Shown one piece after another: positions 17,065 to 20,000 of a stretch of 20,000 nt of DNA (position 1 is the first letter of the stretch; every line of letters begins with the position of its first letter). The notes under the pieces are model-generated. The model searched no databases. It was not told the origin of the DNA and saw nothing but the letters and a program-made list of their open reading frames with translations. The translations under genes were made by a program, and so were the position numbers. The stretch is from an uncultured virus (IMG/VR IMGVR_UViG_3300030098_002069) (taxonomy: Duplodnaviria; Heunggongvirae; Uroviricota; Caudoviricetes), in IMG/VR virus record IMGVR_UViG_3300030098_002069, positions 53,242 to 73,241 of that record. The stretch is one strand, 5' to 3'.

Positions 17065-17588
17065 GGCTTATAATATTTATAAAAATCTTCAGGGTTTTCT
17101 TTATCTATCACTACAAAGATTGGAGATACAATACTATTCCCAGTCCCAGAACCGCCAATAATGGCATATTGATAACCACCATCTTGGTAAGGAGATTTGA
17201 TGGTATCATTGTCAAACAAGTGTAAAAAACTCGTGTCATCAAATACTGGTACAAATTCTGCATCTGCTAATTCTTCTATTTCGATTCTTCTGTTGTTATT
17301 GTCATCTACTAAAACTCCAATACTGCTTGTTCTATGTACCTGACTGGGAAACCTTCCCATACCATTTACTTCAACTTGTTGGTTGTACCACATGGAAGAT
17401 GCTTTAGTAATCTTTTCAAGATTGGCTCTTGTTTGTTTTGCTTTAGCACCTTCACCGATACGACTAAAAGCAGGAGCTGCGGTAGTAGCCAAAGTAGCCA
17501 TGATAGCCATTGTAACAGCAAATTCTGCAAGACTATTACCCTTGTTATTGCAAATACAAAAAAAGATACAGGCACATTTTTTATTCAA
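17061..17588 (-). CDS. Type IV pilin / pseudopilin (GspG-like) protein
   Basis: KG|NSLAEFAVTMAIMATLATTAAPAF: Gly-1, Glu+5, hydrophobic helix, Pro+22, then AK...T.ANL..I..A...Y....GRFP and SPY. Start uncertain (TTG 17588 or GTG 17606). Confidence 0.82.
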   Translation of the reverse strand: MNKKCACIFFCICNNKGNSLAEFAVTMAIMATLATTAAPAFSRIGEGAKAKQTRANLEKITKASSMWYNQQVEVNGMGRFPSQVHRTSSIGVLVDDNNNRRIEIEELADAEFVPVFDDTSFLHLFDNDTIKSPYQDGGYQYAIIGGSGTGNSIVSPIFVVIDKENPEDFYKYYKP

Positions 17589-18006
17589 TTTCTGTAGTCC
17601 ACTCACTTTTAGCTAATTCAGTCATAATCTGTGCATGAGAGTATTTAGTATAAGAACTAAATACATCTGGATCATTATCTGGATCGTTATCACAAGCAAA
17701 CTTCAATAGTGCTTTAGAACTATCTCCATCATCTCCATTGTTCTTACGCAATGTTTCTTTACCAGATTGTATCGCATTATCTATTAACGCATTCGATACA
17801 GGAATAGCTTCTAATAGCTCTGATTTGCTCATAGAGCCTGTATAATCATAACCATAACTATCCATCCATGTTTTTATCTGTGCGACTGTATTTGAGTCTG
17901 TTGGAGCATCTGCTGAATCAATATCTGCTACAGGCACAATTAAGTATGCCCTACCTGCCCAACGACCACTATAGTCATCAGACCATCTATTTGTTTCTTC
18001 ACTCAT
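17581..18006 (-). CDS. Hypothetical protein (141 aa) with internal HeH/LEM-like motif, possibly tail-fibre associated
   Basis: SD-like AAGGA before the ATG; PTDSNTVAQIKTWMDSYGYDYTGSMSKSELLEAI resembles HeH/LEM domains; directly follows the tail fibre gene. Confidence 0.6.
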   Translation of the reverse strand: MSEETNRWSDDYSGRWAGRAYLIVPVADIDSADAPTDSNTVAQIKTWMDSYGYDYTGSMSKSELLEAIPVSNALIDNAIQSGKETLRKNNGDDGDSSKALLKFACDNDPDNDPDVFSSYTKYSHAQIMTELAKSEWTTEIE

Positions 18007-18018
18007 ATTATTTTCCTT

Positions 18019-20000
18019 TTATTTAACATCTGTACTTCTATTGGTATCACCTTTGCTATAGCCACTACTTGGATTAGCGTTTGGTGGTGATTTTAAGTCT
18101 CCTGTGGCACTACCAGAAGTTGTACCATGTACGCTATTACCACTTCTATCGTATATAGTGCTATCTGTGTCTGCAAGACCTGTAATAGCATCCAATGCTC
18201 CAAAAGCGTAGTAATTTTTTAAATTGTCACCATAGCTATCTAATAGATTAGAATGTCTATTTGCGTTGTATATTGCAGATATTTCTGATGCAATTAATTC
18301 CTTATTATGTATAGCAAAATTAGAAAAACTGGCATCGATCCAATAACTACCAGAGAAATATGTTCCTATCTGATTATATGTCCAAGTTTGGTCATAAGCA
18401 CCTGCTGAAGATTTATCCTCTGTATCTGTTAAAGAGCCATTGACATAACATTTAAATATTTTTGCGTTTCTTGTAATTGCAAAATGAAACCACTCACTAT
18501 GTGGTGGGTTAGAATTTGAAAATTCAATAGCAGTTAGACCTTGAAAGTCGATTGCCAAATCTTTTGTAGTTTGAGTTATAAATAAGTAATTTAATTTAGT
18601 ACCAGAATTAGAATCACCAAAAAATACTTTTAAATCTTCATCTGCTCTATTCATCCACCCACTTATAGTAAAATCTCCTGTTAAAGATTGTTGACTTGAT
18701 AAAGTTACTTTTGCATCTACTCCATCCAAATCTAAAAAGTTATACGGACTTGAGTTCCCGACCAAAAAGGATTGGTCTGGCAGAACTGATGAATAAGTTA
18801 AGTTATCTGTAGCCATCGAGGTCATTGTGCCGACATTGCCTTTTACTTCCTTGAAAGATATATCATCAAGGTATTGGGTTACTCCATTTGTTCCTTGTTG
18901 GAAATAAATATTAGAAGATGCACCTCCACCTAAAATAAGGACATACCTTATAATATTTACCCATTTACCCGATGCTATAGTTATAGTTTCATCCATATTC
19001 CACCCAGAACCACCACCCCGTATTATTTTAACTCTTATATCTGTATCAGATGGAGAATAAACCATAAAATTTAATTTATATAGCTTACTAATTGTTGTAT
19101 TAAAGGTACTTGAACCGACAATATATCCATCTGTACTTGTAGTTGTAAATTTTCTTGATGTAGTTCCACTAAAGGCATAATCAGTAGATTCTGAAGTTGT
19201 TGCATTTACTCCTGTCCAAGAAGTAGGAGCTAATTCTGCTCCTAAAGTGGGGTTAGCTACATCAATTATGGCAGGGTAAGTGTCACTTACTTCTGATTGG
19301 AGGACTGGTTTAATAGTAAAATTACTTATATTGCCTACAAAACTTGATGATTGAATATAAAAATAGGCATTGCCAGATTGTGTTTTATAAAATGTGTAGC
19401 TCCCTGTAGTTGACATAGAAGCTGTATTCCCAGTATTTCCCACTAAGAAATTAAATGAACCAGAAACAGCAACTACATCTAAAGTTATTTTATATAATTG
19501 ACCAGAACTTAGAGAACTTTGATATGTGTAAATAGTTCCAGTTGTATCAAATTCTAACCTATTTAATGATGTATTAATTTCAACACCAGTACCTAAAGAC
19601 CAATCACCACCTGAACTAAAATCTGTATTAGAAAGTGGAGTACCACCCAACTCTTCTGTACTATTCTCAAATGCACCCATGTCATAACCTGCAACCATTT
19701 GCTGTACTATGTCATCTACTGCACCATTTGTGATCGTACCATCATTTGAGTTAGAACTTGAATCTGCTATGGTAGGATAAACTGCACTTGTGTCATCGCC
19801 CATTAACCATAACCCTACTAATCCTGTATCAGCACTTGGGTTGTGTGTAATACCTTTTTGGTATTGAGCGTAAATAAAATCAGCATCTTTAGCATCTGAA
19901 TAAATTGCTACAGAACTTATAGAGCCTGTTAAGTTACTCCACCCACTTGCTCCACCGATTTGAAACACATTACTTGAATAGGTTATAGAATCAGTATAAG
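18019..20000 (-). CDS. LamG/concanavalin-like multi-domain tail fibre / receptor-binding protein (5'-truncated)
   Basis: The frame stays open past 19968 to the window edge (YTDSITYSSNVFQIGG). LamG signatures (LVGLWLMGD...IADSSSNSNDGT; DFTISGWM; WFHFAITRN...YVNG; IYDRSGNSVHGT) with intervening CBM-like beta domains. Confidence 0.85.
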   Translation of the reverse strand, partial: YTDSITYSSNVFQIGGASGWSNLTGSISSVAIYSDAKDADFIYAQYQKGITHNPSADTGLVGLWLMGDDTSAVYPTIADSSSNSNDGTITNGAVDDIVQQMVAGYDMGAFENSTEELGGTPLSNTDFSSGGDWSLGTGVEINTSLNRLEFDTTGTIYTYQSSLSSGQLYKITLDVVAVSGSFNFLVGNTGNTASMSTTGSYTFYKTQSGNAYFYIQSSSFVGNISNFTIKPVLQSEVSDTYPAIIDVANPTLGAELAPTSWTGVNATTSESTDYAFSGTTSRKFTTTSTDGYIVGSSTFNTTISKLYKLNFMVYSPSDTDIRVKIIRGGGSGWNMDETITIASGKWVNIIRYVLILGGGASSNIYFQQGTNGVTQYLDDISFKEVKGNVGTMTSMATDNLTYSSVLPDQSFLVGNSSPYNFLDLDGVDAKVTLSSQQSLTGDFTISGWMNRADEDLKVFFGDSNSGTKLNYLFITQTTKDLAIDFQGLTAIEFSNSNPPHSEWFHFAITRNAKIFKCYVNGSLTDTEDKSSAGAYDQTWTYNQIGTYFSGSYWIDASFSNFAIHNKELIASEISAIYNANRHSNLLDSYGDNLKNYYAFGALDAITGLADTDSTIYDRSGNSVHGTTSGSATGDLKSPPNANPSSGYSKGDTNRSTDVK

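Noticed and set aside
17558..17577. T7 run in the pilin leader; deleting one T would put a nearby ATG in frame (phase variation?)
   Set aside because: In-frame TTG/GTG starts already exist, TTG starts are used elsewhere in this operon, and 7-nt homopolymers are common at this AT content.
10188..17616. Other plus-strand ORFs (10188, 11683, 14489, 14584, 17334, 17383) and alternate-frame minus ORFs (14258-14506, 16576-16788, 17366-17575)
   Set aside because: They overlap well-supported genes and show no motifs or independent translation signals.
1..20000. Genome-wide stop-codon reassignment as in some crAss-like phages
   Set aside because: Multi-kb ORFs are intact under code 11, and TAA, TAG and TGA all end genes at tight junctions with the next start.
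1..20000. tRNA, CRISPR array, terminators, IS elements, structured ncRNA
   Set aside because: Intergenic gaps are at most about 22 nt, and I saw no repeat-spacer pattern, cloverleaf or convincing hairpin-U tract.

Overview
This is an AT-rich, densely packed segment of a tailed (podovirus-like) dsDNA phage genome, with every credible gene on the minus strand in one tightly coupled late operon. Reading in the transcription direction (right to left): a LamG-rich tail fibre (partial), a small HeH-containing protein, a type IV pilin-like protein, a lipoprotein plus six small membrane proteins, an M15 endolysin, a calcineurin-like phosphoesterase, a 1004-aa tail tubular/nozzle protein and four small putative virion/ejection proteins. 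The segment ends in a giant ORF of at least 2877 aa (8633 to <1), absent from the ORF track because it runs off the window. My manual translation of this ORF shows a two-barrel (DPBB) RNA polymerase resembling crAss-like virion RNAPs but with an atypical DKDSD catalytic motif. An intact ALKBH2/3-type AlkB dioxygenase domain is inserted in frame, and ejection-protein-like regions flank both ends. Family assignments rest on motif recognition by eye; no database searches were run.
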